A stretch of DNA of 64,000 nt from an uncultured Phycisphaerales bacterium. GTDB lineage: Bacteria > Planctomycetota > Phycisphaerae > Tepidisphaerales > Tepidisphaeraceae. Location of the stretch: NCBI GenBank assembly GCA_963758525.1, contig CAVWVQ010000004.1:109993-173992 (forward strand), in the 5' to 3' direction. Below the pieces are notes generated by a model that saw only the letters and a program-made list of their open reading frames with translations, searched no databases and was not told where the DNA came from. The position numbers were made by a program, and so were the translations under genes. Positions 52,411-61,958 of this stretch are shown here, piece after piece. The stretch's first letter is position 1; each line of letters begins with the position of its first letter.

Positions 52411-52821
52411 ATGGCTTCGACCTTGTCGGGGACGAAGTACTGCTGCAAGTGCGGGACAGATGTGACCGCGAAGAAGCGGATGAGGGACAGCGGCGGGAAG
52501 TATTGGTGTGTTCCCTGCGGTCAAAAAGACCAGCAAAGCAAGGCAGCCAATACCGGGATGACTTGTGCCAGTTGCGGCGAGATGTATCCCAGCGGCCAAC
52601 TGACCCAGATGAGCGGCGCGTCGTACTGCGCGCCCTGCATGAAAGCAAAATTCAAGAATTCGGGCGGCGGGGGCGGATTATCGGCCCTGTTTGACATAAA
52701 GCGATATTTCCCAAGCGGCGGTGACGATAACGAAGATGACGGCGGGCGGAAAAAGAAGTTGACGGTTATGCTGGTCGTCTTGGTTGTGCTGATTGTCGCC
52801 GTCAACTATTGGGCACATTGA
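52411..52821 (+). CDS. Cys-rich (4 CxxC) protein with C-terminal membrane anchor
   Basis: CCKC...CVPC...CASC...CAPC, Gly linker, RKKK followed by a TM helix. GAGG SD upstream. Confidence 0.8.
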   Translation: MASTLSGTKYCCKCGTDVTAKKRMRDSGGKYWCVPCGQKDQQSKAANTGMTCASCGEMYPSGQLTQMSGASYCAPCMKAKFKNSGGGGGLSALFDIKRYFPSGGDDNEDDGGRKKKLTVMLVVLVVLIVAVNYWAH

Positions 52822-52900
52822 GCCGCGCGTGACCGCTGGATCGGCTTGCCTTCCCACTGACCTGACCCTATTCTAATGCGCTAAAGGAGAACATAAACCA

Positions 52901-53335
52901 ATGGCTCGATATCTCCCCCTGTGCGGTTTGATTCTTTGCGGAGCGGTCTTTGGATGCAGTGACTCGGCGATTCGCGCTCAAGCGCCCGGTTCCCAAAATC
53001 CGATCGCGTCCAAGGCCAACACCGAAGGTGAATACGGCCTTTACCACGTTACCCAGTTCAACAACCTGGGGCAGCCCACTGAGTACAAGCAGATCGCAAG
53101 CTATCATCTGCAGGCGGGAGACCCGCTCGGATTTCACTGGATCGTCGACAAGGCCACCATCAACGCTCCCAACTCCCATCTGATTCTCGAAGCCTATGCC
53201 GGCGATCACAAAGAGACGCTTGGCCAGATCACCACGATGGTGGAAAAATACTACTGGAGCAACACCTCCTCGTGGGATACTCACTGGAAGATGGAGCCCG
53301 CAGTCGCAGTCTCCAAGCTCGCGATGATGCAGTAA
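52901..53335 (+). CDS. Putative lipoprotein
   Basis: AAGGAG SD; signal peptide ending AVFGC. Confidence 0.75.
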   Translation: MARYLPLCGLILCGAVFGCSDSAIRAQAPGSQNPIASKANTEGEYGLYHVTQFNNLGQPTEYKQIASYHLQAGDPLGFHWIVDKATINAPNSHLILEAYAGDHKETLGQITTMVEKYYWSNTSSWDTHWKMEPAVAVSKLAMMQ

Positions 53336-53432
53336 TCACGCGGATCGCGTTACTCAAAATCAAGCTCGCCGGCGCGACATGAAGAAAGCGCCGGCGATTT
53401 TTTTTGCGCCGCGCCGCTGACCTCGCCCGTCC

Positions 53433-54329
53433 TCACCCGTGAGGTCGATGCGTGTCGAGATCGGCATCCAGATTTTCAAGGTGCAACTCGGCGTGCGGCG
53501 TTTCGGGCGTGTCGAGGGTTGTGAAGTCTGTTGATTCCAGGTGAAGCTCGCCCGCGCCGGCATCCGGCGATCCCTCGGAGTGGTGCTCCGGCAATTCAAC
53601 TGACGATGCCGAGTCGGATTCCCCCAACATGTTCTCCTCCGTCAGAAACAGCTCATCTTCCTGTGGAGCGGTTTCTGCACCCTCCGGCTCAGACGGCGGC
53701 TCTTCCTCCGCGGCATAATCACCGCCGGCGCCGGCATCGGCGAACTGCGCGTCCGGCTCACTCTCCAGCGCAGCGTATTCGCCCTCGGGAACCGAATCGG
53801 CGACCTCAACATCGGCCGCATATTCTCCCTCGGCGACCAATTCTTCCCCCGTCGCATATTCTCCCTCCGCGGGCAACTCTTCTTCCGCCGCATACTCGCC
53901 TTCGGCGGGCAGTTCCCCCTCTGCCGCGTACTCCCCCTCCGAGTATTCGCCTTCCGTCACTTCGGTGTCCAGATCGGACGCGCCCCCGGCGGCCAATTCC
54001 TGCGGGGGAACCGGGTGCAGATCCTCGTCCGCGGGGACACCGTCTATCTGCAGCGCAAAGACCACCGGACCAATTTGAATCGTGTCCCCGGGCGTAAGCA
54101 CCGACTCCTGCACGCGCTCCCCGTTATGATACGTGCCGTTGGAGCTTCCCAGGTCTTCCAGGCGCAGCACTTCTCCGTCGCGCACGAGCCGGCAATGTTT
54201 TCGAGATATTTCCCCCAGGGGAATGCGCAGATCACAGTCTTCACGCCGACCGATGACGGTCATGTCGCGCGCGATCGAGAAACTCCGTCGCTCACCATCG
54301 GACCGGATCATTACGAGGACGGCCTGCAT
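53433..54329 (-). CDS. FHA domain protein with acidic tandem-repeat tail
   Basis: IGRREDCD, ISRKHC, EDLGSSNGTYHNG; EGEYAAEGELPA-type repeats. Confidence 0.92.
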   Translation of the reverse strand: MQAVLVMIRSDGERRSFSIARDMTVIGRREDCDLRIPLGEISRKHCRLVRDGEVLRLEDLGSSNGTYHNGERVQESVLTPGDTIQIGPVVFALQIDGVPADEDLHPVPPQELAAGGASDLDTEVTEGEYSEGEYAAEGELPAEGEYAAEEELPAEGEYATGEELVAEGEYAADVEVADSVPEGEYAALESEPDAQFADAGAGGDYAAEEEPPSEPEGAETAPQEDELFLTEENMLGESDSASSVELPEHHSEGSPDAGAGELHLESTDFTTLDTPETPHAELHLENLDADLDTHRPHG

Positions 54330-54449
54330 AGATGCCCCATCTGTGAGGGATATCGCGGCACACGCGCCGAAACGCCGCAGCCGCACTACACTGTAAAAAC
54401 GTAGCTGATTTGTTCAAATTCAGCAACATTATTCCCGTCCCGGAACGCC

Positions 54450-55655
54450 ATGATCCGCCAGCCAGTCGAACCGCTTGTCCCATGCACCCTTCCCCCAGCG
54501 CGGGTTGACGCGCTGTACGTTCACGTCCCCTTCTGTGCCCACAAATGCCACTATTGCGATTTTTACAGCATCACTCGCCAATCCGGCGAGCGAATGACTC
54601 ACTTCGTGGACCTCGTGCTCGCCGAGGCAGCGCTGTGGGCGGATCTTCCCGAGAATGCCCCGCGCGTGTTGCCGCGCACCATCTTCTTCGGCGGCGGAAC
54701 GCCAAGCCTCTTGCCGCTGGACCAGATGCAAAGGCTTCTGGAAGGGCTGGCGCAGCGATTCGATCTGTCGGGCGTCTCGGAATGGACAGTCGAAGTCAAT
54801 CCCGCAACCGCAACCCTTGAGTATTGCCAGATGCTCCGCGCCGCCGGCGTCAATCGTCTCAGCTTTGGCGCCCAGAGCTTCGACCAGCGCGAGCTCGACG
54901 TTCTGGAGCGTCACCATGACCCGCTCGACGTTCCGCGCAGCGTTCTCATCGCGCGCCAAGCCGGCTTCACCCGGCTGAATCTCGATTTGATCTACGCCGT
55001 TCCAGGCCAGACACTGGAGTCGTGGATGCGCTCTCTGCACCGCGCGCTCGAGCTGCACACGCCGCACCTGTCCTGTTACGGACTGACCTACGAGCCGAAC
55101 ACGCCGCTCGCGGTTCGCAAGCGCATGGGTCGTGTCACTGCGGTCGAGGAGGGCCTTGAACTGCAGATGCTGCACGCCACCCGCCAACTGCTCACGGCCT
55201 CGGGGCGCCCGCCCTACGAAATCAGCAATTATGCGATACCCGGTGAAGAATGCCGTCACAATCTCCATTACTGGACCGGTGGAAATTACCTGGGCCTTGG
55301 ACCGGCGGCGGCATCGCACATCCAGGGCTGGCGATGGCGCAATTGTCCGCATCTGGGCGAATGGGAACGCGCCGTTACCTCCGGCCGCCTGGCGGCAATC
55401 GAAGTCGAATCGCTGCCCGCGGAGCGGCGGGCTTGCGAACTGGCGATGCTCATGCTGCGACTCTCGGGGGGGTTAAACTTTGACGGTTTTGCAACTCAAA
55501 CCGGTCACGACGCCCTCATCTTTTTTGCCCCCGTCGTTAACCGTCTGCTCCGCCACGGCCTGTTGATGGCCGATCGCACCGCATTGCGGCTCACGGATCG
55601 CGGTCTGGAGGTCGCTGACGCGGTCGCTGCCGAGTTTCTCGCCCTTCCCGGCTGA
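54450..55655 (+). CDS. hemW: Radical SAM heme chaperone HemW
   Basis: LYVHVPFCAHKCHYCDF, FFGGGTPS, NRLSFGAQSF, YEISNYA, HNLHYW. Confidence 0.93.
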   Translation: MIRQPVEPLVPCTLPPARVDALYVHVPFCAHKCHYCDFYSITRQSGERMTHFVDLVLAEAALWADLPENAPRVLPRTIFFGGGTPSLLPLDQMQRLLEGLAQRFDLSGVSEWTVEVNPATATLEYCQMLRAAGVNRLSFGAQSFDQRELDVLERHHDPLDVPRSVLIARQAGFTRLNLDLIYAVPGQTLESWMRSLHRALELHTPHLSCYGLTYEPNTPLAVRKRMGRVTAVEEGLELQMLHATRQLLTASGRPPYEISNYAIPGEECRHNLHYWTGGNYLGLGPAAASHIQGWRWRNCPHLGEWERAVTSGRLAAIEVESLPAERRACELAMLMLRLSGGLNFDGFATQTGHDALIFFAPVVNRLLRHGLLMADRTALRLTDRGLEVADAVAAEFLALPG

Positions 55656-55701
55656 TTCATAAACTTCCCTGCGAACGTCAATGTAATCCAGTTCGCTGTC
55701 G

Positions 55702-56943
55702 ATGAATTCGACAATGATGTCGTTCGTTCAAAGCTGGCTCGCCGCCGGAGCCAATCCGATCGGTGTTGACTTCGGCACCAATTCCCTCCGCATGGCGCAG
55801 GTCGACTTGGTGGACGGCGAATTTCGTCTCGTCGCCGCCGCCAGCGCCCTGGTTCCCGAAAATATCCGTGAAGACCAATCCGCTCGACTCAGCTTCCTGA
55901 CGCAGACGACCCGCGACCTGCTGATTCAGGGCGACTTCCGCGGCCGCCGCGCCATTATCAGTCTTCCTGCCTCTTGCATGCAGATCCAGCACCTTCGCTT
56001 GCCCCCTGCCGACGAGGCGGCACTTCGCGGCGCATTGCCAGGCGCAGTGCGCGGCCGTCTGCAAATCGATCCGAGCGACGCGCTGCTCCGGCATCTGGTC
56101 GCGGGGCAGATCGAACAGGACGGCCAGGTGCTCAACGAAGTGATCGTGATGGCCGCGCAGCGCGCCATCGTCGATGAGCTGTTGCACGCCGCCGCCAAAG
56201 CCAAGCTGGACGTCATCGCGATGAACGTCGAACCCAAAGCGGTCGTGGACTGCTTCTCGCACGTGTACCGCCGGCGCGGCGACTCGGAGCGCACCAGTTG
56301 CTACGTCGATATCGGGGCGTCCGCAACACGCGTGGTCGTCGCGCGCGGCTCGCACATTCTCTTTGCACGCTCGATTCCGCTGGCGGGCGATCATTTCAGC
56401 CGCGCGGTGGCGGCAGAACTCCATACCACCCTCGACGCCGCCCGCGTGCTTCGCGTCAAACGGAACCTCGCCTCCAGGACTTGCGAAACCCGCGGCCGGC
56501 TCCGCGCCCAGCCGTCCGCGCTAACGCGCGATCATCGCGCCGATTTGAATTCACCCGGCGTCGCGCCTGACGAGATCGACGATCAATCGCTTGCCCTCTT
56601 CCAGCGGATTGAATCCGCAAGCCAGGCGCCGCTCCAAACGCTGATTGCCGAGCTGGCGGCGTGCCGCGCCGATCACGACGCGACATTTCCCAACAGCAAA
56701 ATCGACCGCCTCATCTTCGTAGGCGGTGAAGCGTGCGATCGTGCGATCTGTGAACGTCTGGCGCATGGCCTTGCGATTCCAGGTCATGTCGGCGATCCGC
56801 TGGTTCGCATGGGACGCATCAGCAACATTCGCGTCGAAAGCGGAATCGACCGTCGCTCGCCGCAGCCCGGCTGGGCTGTGGCCATCGGTCTGAGCATGGG
56901 CCCCGCCGCCAGCGCGGAGATGCCCGTCACCCAGGTTTCCTAA
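55702..56943 (+). CDS. pilM: PilM-like actin-fold pilus assembly protein
   Basis: PIGVDFG, VDIGASATRV, FARSIPLAG, LIFVGGEA, WAVAIGLS. Confidence 0.85.
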   Translation: MNSTMMSFVQSWLAAGANPIGVDFGTNSLRMAQVDLVDGEFRLVAAASALVPENIREDQSARLSFLTQTTRDLLIQGDFRGRRAIISLPASCMQIQHLRLPPADEAALRGALPGAVRGRLQIDPSDALLRHLVAGQIEQDGQVLNEVIVMAAQRAIVDELLHAAAKAKLDVIAMNVEPKAVVDCFSHVYRRRGDSERTSCYVDIGASATRVVVARGSHILFARSIPLAGDHFSRAVAAELHTTLDAARVLRVKRNLASRTCETRGRLRAQPSALTRDHRADLNSPGVAPDEIDDQSLALFQRIESASQAPLQTLIAELAACRADHDATFPNSKIDRLIFVGGEACDRAICERLAHGLAIPGHVGDPLVRMGRISNIRVESGIDRRSPQPGWAVAIGLSMGPAASAEMPVTQVS

Positions 56944-56958
56944 ACGACATCGGGCGAA

Positions 56959-57044
56959 CGCGTGCTTCCCAGGTCGTTTAGCGGCTGCCCCAGGGCAGCG
57001 GAGTCTGTCGCACGCGCGCGTACTCGCGCACGTTCATTTAGGAA
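56959..57044. repeat. Family D repeat (inverted relative to 44680)
   Basis: CGTTTAGCGGCTGCCCCAGGGCAGC...CGCACGCGCGCGTACTCGCGCACGTTCATTTAGGAA. Confidence 0.85.
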
Positions 57045-57116
57045 GGAGATCAACAGCATGGAGTATTTCTGAGCTGCATTCACATCGCCGATCACGTCTG
57101 ATTAATTGCAAACACG

Positions 57117-57713
57117 ATGACCACACACGCGGAGCATCAAACGATGAGCAGAAATTCCAGAACCACCGTTCGCAGACTCAGTCCTTACACAATCGGCGTC
57201 GCCGCCCTACTGACCGCGCTGACGGGCGAGAGCTATCTGATGTCACTTCATAACAACGCCTCCGCGCATGCCGAGCCGATGTCCCAAACCTCCGGCCAGG
57301 AAGTGCCGAGCACTCACGATACACCTGCTCATGTCTCCGCCGACGGCGTGGCGTCGGACCAATGCAGTCAACAAACTGCAAACTGTTCAACGAGTTCCGC
57401 GCCCATTCACCTTGCTCCCGCAACACTGCCAGCCGAACCGCTCGCTCACGAAGATCGATCCTCTGTCCGAAGGCCGTCATCAAATCCTCCTGCCACGGCA
57501 TCTTCCGAGGATCGCGCCGCGGTGCTGACTGCCCTGGCAGCGATGGAGCTTCAATCGGTGACCGTCAGCGGGACTGTTCGCTCCTGCATCATCAATGACG
57601 TCGCCTGCGAGGCAGGCCAACAAGTCGGCGGCTTCGTCATCGACAGCATCGCCAGCGGGTCGGTTACCGTAAGCATGGGAATCTATCGCTTCGAACTGAC
57701 GCCACGTCCCTAG
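57117..57713 (+). CDS. Bitopic protein with GspB/PilP-like C-terminal domain
   Basis: N-terminal TM, low-complexity linker, then ELQSV..G..RSCIIND....GQQVGGFVIDSI...VTV. Confidence 0.65.
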   Translation: MTTHAEHQTMSRNSRTTVRRLSPYTIGVAALLTALTGESYLMSLHNNASAHAEPMSQTSGQEVPSTHDTPAHVSADGVASDQCSQQTANCSTSSAPIHLAPATLPAEPLAHEDRSSVRRPSSNPPATASSEDRAAVLTALAAMELQSVTVSGTVRSCIINDVACEAGQQVGGFVIDSIASGSVTVSMGIYRFELTPRP

Positions 57714-57788
57714 ACCTGTTGCGGTGCGGGCTTCCCCTTAGGGTGAACCTCAGCGTCGAAGGCAGCCTGCAACAGCAGCCGTGCAAGC

Positions 57789-58051
57789 CCAGTGGTGCAT
57801 TCGATCTGAATTTGCGGGTCGGTCTCGTGTAGGGCGGGATTCATCCCGCCGCGGCCTCTGGTCATGCAGAAGGCGCGGCGGGATGAATCCCGCCCTACGC
57901 TGTCCAACCGCCTTTTCAACGGGAATGAACACCAGTCTCCCGTAGGGCGGGATTCATCCCGCCGTGGCCTGTGGTCATGCAGAAGACGCGGCGGGATGAA
58001 TCCCGCCCTACGCTGTCCAACCGCCTTTTCAACGGGAATGAGCCCCAGTAG
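57789..58051. mobile_element. Family Y MITE-like element with tandemly duplicated family A REP unit
   Basis: Two units offset by 113 nt (doublets at 57829-57898 and 57942-58011), each followed by GCTGTCCAACCGCCTTTTCAACGGGAATGA. Confidence 0.82.
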
Positions 58052-58282
58052 TGTGTTCCTTCTCTCCCGGAAACTCGCGCACGTCCGAGAACCCCCCGGA
58101 GCGACACTCGCGGCCATATTTCTTGACACCATTTTGCCCATTTGTTACGGTCCCCTGCCCCGCCATGCGGAGAGGCGGGAAGGTAGGAATTCGCGGATCG
58201 CCTGTTGTAAGTTGCAGAAGCGTAACGAGGTGCGCGACACACTGGCGATGCGGCCTTCCCCTCCCGCCGTCGGAGAATCCTC

Positions 58283-59392
58283 TTGAGCCGACATCAATTG
58301 CATCGCATTTGCCAGATGGTTTGCCTGACGAGTCTGGCGCTGATTTCGTCCCGCGCCGCCGCGCAAAGCATTCCTTCCATTTGGAAGACGGCCAGCGATG
58401 CAGAGGGACACCGCGCCGAAATCGCCCGGGCCGTTGATGCCAAGATTGCGAAGTTGCAGAGCGACGATACCGAAGCCCAGAAGTATGCCCGCCAATGGCT
58501 CATCGAGCAGGCCGGCACCACGCAATCGCCCACCGCCAGTTTTCTCGACGTATACGCCGACGTCATCAACAACGCGCTGGAGAACATCGCGAACCCGAAG
58601 AAGGCCCCTACCACCCAGCCGATCTCGATCCGGATCCGGCTGAATGCCGCAATCATCAATGCCGAAGTCGCAAAGCGCGCCAATAACGCGCGGCAAAGCG
58701 TCGCGACCGCCACGTTTCTCCGCGACCCCTCCGAAGCCGTCGTGCTGTGGGGCATGAAGGCCGCCAAGTACGAGCTCGCGTCCCAACTCGCGCAGCCGGC
58801 CGTGATGCGCCGGCCCGACCTGCTCCGCGCCATTCTCGACGCTGTCAGGGCGCATCCCGGCAGCGGCGCCATCGCCGCTGAGGCGTATCTCGCCCTCTCC
58901 CTGGAAAAGGCGGATCCAAATCTCAGGCTCACTTCCGACGACTCCATTAAAGAGCTCATCCCGCAGATCATGGATCTGGCCAACTTCCGTCTCTCCTTGT
59001 TCGCCGATGCCGCCCCGCCCGATCTCTTTGCCGACGGGTCTGCGGTCGTCTTCCTCACGCGAACCAAGGTCTGGAATCTTGAGACATCCGATCAGCAGCA
59101 GAAGGTGATGGATCTGCTGTATAACTATGTGGCGGCCGGTGGCAAGCTCTTCAACGATCCGGCGGTAACCGACGACCGCAGCGAGCTGCTGGACTTTATC
59201 CACCAGATCGGTCGCGCGTTTATCGCCATTGCCGTCGTCAAAGATAACAGTCTCACCAGCCCGCTGAAGAAGGCTGCCGACGCCATCTACGGAATCTCCC
59301 CTGACACCAAGCCCGAGGACTTTGACCTGCGCCTCAAAGCTCTCAAAGCCGCCATCGACGGCATGTTCCCCGGCCGCACCGCGGTGCAGTAG
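58283..59392 (+). CDS. Exported alpha-helical hypothetical protein
   Basis: Signal peptide ending SRAAA-Q; strong coding bias. No family recognised. Confidence 0.75.
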   Translation: MSRHQLHRICQMVCLTSLALISSRAAAQSIPSIWKTASDAEGHRAEIARAVDAKIAKLQSDDTEAQKYARQWLIEQAGTTQSPTASFLDVYADVINNALENIANPKKAPTTQPISIRIRLNAAIINAEVAKRANNARQSVATATFLRDPSEAVVLWGMKAAKYELASQLAQPAVMRRPDLLRAILDAVRAHPGSGAIAAEAYLALSLEKADPNLRLTSDDSIKELIPQIMDLANFRLSLFADAAPPDLFADGSAVVFLTRTKVWNLETSDQQQKVMDLLYNYVAAGGKLFNDPAVTDDRSELLDFIHQIGRAFIAIAVVKDNSLTSPLKKAADAIYGISPDTKPEDFDLRLKALKAAIDGMFPGRTAVQ

Positions 59393-59425
59393 CTCAACTG
59401 TCTCCGCGTTGGCTCGTGTGATCGC

Positions 59426-61090
59426 GTGAAAGCCTCCCCCGCCAGCATTCTTGCTTCCGCGCTCGCTGGTATCGCAATCGGCTTGTTCTTTCTCCTGCAT
59501 CACGGCGCCGTCCTGCAACGCGCCGACTTCACCTTCATCAATCGCGGCGACAACAAGAGCCTCGATCCCAACACCATGTCCTGGCTGCAGGACATCCGCC
59601 TCGCATACGCCCTCTGGGAAGGCCTCTACACTCTCGATCCCGTCACCTTGCGGCCGATTCCCGGCTCCGCCGATCCGATCGACATCAGCCCCGATCAAAC
59701 CGTCTACACCTTCCATATCCGCCCGGCCGCGCGCTGGACCAACGGGGACCCCGTCACCTCCGCCGACTTTGTTTTCGCCTGGCGGCGCATGCTCGAGCAC
59801 CCCGGCGATTACACCTACCTCCTCCTCTACATCCGCGGCGCGCAGCCCTACGAGGAGTCGTTCGCCAAAGGCGCCGCCCCCGATTTCAGCTCCGTCGGCA
59901 TTCGCGCTCCCGATCCCAAAACGCTGGTCGTCACCCTCGAGCACCCCGTCACTTTTTTCCCGTCCCTCTGCGCGTTTCCGGCTTTTTTTCCCCTGAACCA
60001 GCGATCGATGCAGCCGTTCGCGCAAACCGACGGCGCGACCGGCCAGACAACCTACGATCAACGATTCACGCGCCCCCCTGCCCTGCAGACCAACGGCCCC
60101 TACCAGATGATCGAGTGGTCGTTCAAACGCAGAATCCGGCTCCACGCCAATCCCTATTACTGGGACGCCGCCAACGTGAAGAGCAAGACCGTCGATCAAA
60201 TCTACGCCGACGACGCCCTTCCCGCCTATCTCCAGTACAACGACGGGCAGATCGACTGGCTGTCCGAAGTCAGCGGCGAGCTTGCCGCCGAGCTGAAAAA
60301 ACAGGGACGCAAAGATCTCCACGTTTTCCCCGGCTTCGGCACCTACTTCTATTCCATCAACTGCCAGCCCGCTTTCGCCAACGGCCGCCCCAACCCGCTT
60401 GCGGATGTGCGCGTCCGGCGGGCGCTGGCGCTGGCGATCGACAAGCGCCCCATCGTCGAAACCGTCACGCGGATGGGCGAGCCCATCGCTTCGACATACA
60501 TCCCGCGTGGAATCTTCCCCGATTACCCCTCTCCGCAGGGCCAGCCGTACGACGTCCCGCAGGCCCGCCGGTTGCTCGCCGACGCCGGCTACCCCGACGG
60601 AAAGGGATTTCCACCGCTGGCCCTCCTGATCAATGTCGAAGGGCAGCACAGCCAGATTGCCCAGATCGTGCAACACCAGTGGCGCAACAATCTCCACGTC
60701 GATTTCTCCCTGGACAGCGTCGAACTCAAAATCCTCGGCCAGCGACTGCACAGCAAGGACTACGCCATCGCCCGCGCCAGTTGGATCGGCGACTATGACG
60801 ACCCCTCCACCTTCACCGACAAATATCTCTCCGACAGCGACAACAACGACTCCGGCTGGCTCAGCCCGCAATACGACACCTTCTGTCACAACGCCGCCTA
60901 CGAGCCCGATCCCGCCAGGCGCCTGAACCTTCTCGCCCAGGCCGAGACGCTCCTTCTCGACCAGGCTCCGGTCATCCCCGTCTTCAACTACGTCAACGTC
61001 TACATGTTCCGCGACAACGTCCACGGCATCGCCACCGATCCGCGCAACATGGTGATGTTCAAGTCGATCTTCGTCCAAGGGACCAAGTGA
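59426..61090 (+). CDS. oppA: Peptide ABC transporter substrate-binding protein
   Basis: SLDP, LWEGL, YTFHIR..ARWTNGDPVTSADF..AWRR, TNGPY, DVRVRRALALAID, WIGDY.DP.TF, AE..LL.QAPVIP. Confidence 0.93.
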   Translation: MKASPASILASALAGIAIGLFFLLHHGAVLQRADFTFINRGDNKSLDPNTMSWLQDIRLAYALWEGLYTLDPVTLRPIPGSADPIDISPDQTVYTFHIRPAARWTNGDPVTSADFVFAWRRMLEHPGDYTYLLLYIRGAQPYEESFAKGAAPDFSSVGIRAPDPKTLVVTLEHPVTFFPSLCAFPAFFPLNQRSMQPFAQTDGATGQTTYDQRFTRPPALQTNGPYQMIEWSFKRRIRLHANPYYWDAANVKSKTVDQIYADDALPAYLQYNDGQIDWLSEVSGELAAELKKQGRKDLHVFPGFGTYFYSINCQPAFANGRPNPLADVRVRRALALAIDKRPIVETVTRMGEPIASTYIPRGIFPDYPSPQGQPYDVPQARRLLADAGYPDGKGFPPLALLINVEGQHSQIAQIVQHQWRNNLHVDFSLDSVELKILGQRLHSKDYAIARASWIGDYDDPSTFTDKYLSDSDNNDSGWLSPQYDTFCHNAAYEPDPARRLNLLAQAETLLLDQAPVIPVFNYVNVYMFRDNVHGIATDPRNMVMFKSIFVQGTK

Positions 61091-61121
61091 GTCTCCCAAA
61101 GCCGACTGTTCGGAGCAGTAT

Positions 61122-61346
61122 GAAGTCAGAAGTAAGGAGCCAGAAGTAAGAAGTCAGAAGCAAGAAGTCAGAAGCAAGAAGTCAGTTAGAGCATATTAAG
61201 ATGTGGACTGGAAGAAAAGTCCGGAGCCGCCGACAGTGGCTTTGGTCTTCCGGCTCCTTACTTCTGGCTCCTTACTTCTGACTTCTTACTTCTGACTTCC
61301 CGCTTCTGACTTCTCGCTTCTGACTTCCCGCTTCTGACTTCTTGCT
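61122..61346. repeat. Inverted heptamer tandem arrays (GAAGTCA/GAAGYAA ... CTTCTGA/CTTCYYR)
   Basis: Left arm ~61122-61185, right arm ~61247-61346, with alternating 7-mers. Confidence 0.9.
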
Positions 61347-61958
61347 ACTACTCCCGATAACAATCTCCCCTTCCTCCGCTTCGTGCCGCAGCAACGTCCC
61401 GGCGCGCCGGGATGCCTTCGTGCCTCGTCTCTCCCTCCCCTTCGTGCCTTTCCCGTCCCCATGCGACATCGCGCGACAGATTTTGCAGCGCCGCATGTCG
61501 CATCCGCCGCGCAACCTCTCGCTGCGCCGCGGGATACGCCCCAGCCTGGCGCGACACCGCGCGCAACAGTTCGCGCCGCACCCTGAAAACGAGTCATGCC
61601 CGCACGCTCGCCATGTACGATTCACCGGCTTCGCCGGCCTCCAGCCGTGCCGACAGCTTCCAGATTCTTCAATGGTTTGATTCATGCCCTGAACGTACGC
61701 AATCCCCCTCTGCGATGCGACATTTACTGCCCGGCCCGATTTTTATCAGAATGACCCGCTCCGAGCTTTACCCGTAAAGTGCCACGAATTGGCACGAATT
61801 GGCACATTTTCTAAAGCGATGTCAACCGCTCGTCTCTGTCGCGCACCGTCCCGTCTCTCGTACTGCCGCCCTGGTAGCTCGTGATTAAAGGTCCGGCGAC
61901 AAGTCGCTCGGCTCCGCGCTGGCGCGACTCGCCTGCCCCCCCCAAAGACAGCAGTTAG

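Noticed and set aside
57789..58051. Possible CRISPR array
   Set aside because: Only two units, the internal segments are near-identical rather than unique spacers, and there are no cas genes. It is a duplicated REP/MITE.
57710..58141. 143-aa ORF resembling part of FadJ
   Set aside because: The similarity is only the translated repeat element; it is not a paralog.
58145..61099. 984-aa minus-strand ORF
   Set aside because: Antisense shadow of oppA and the upstream gene, produced by strong codon bias; no recognisable motifs.
61272..61685. ORFs with SQK/EVR repeats
   Set aside because: These are translations of the heptamer arrays, with no coding signal.
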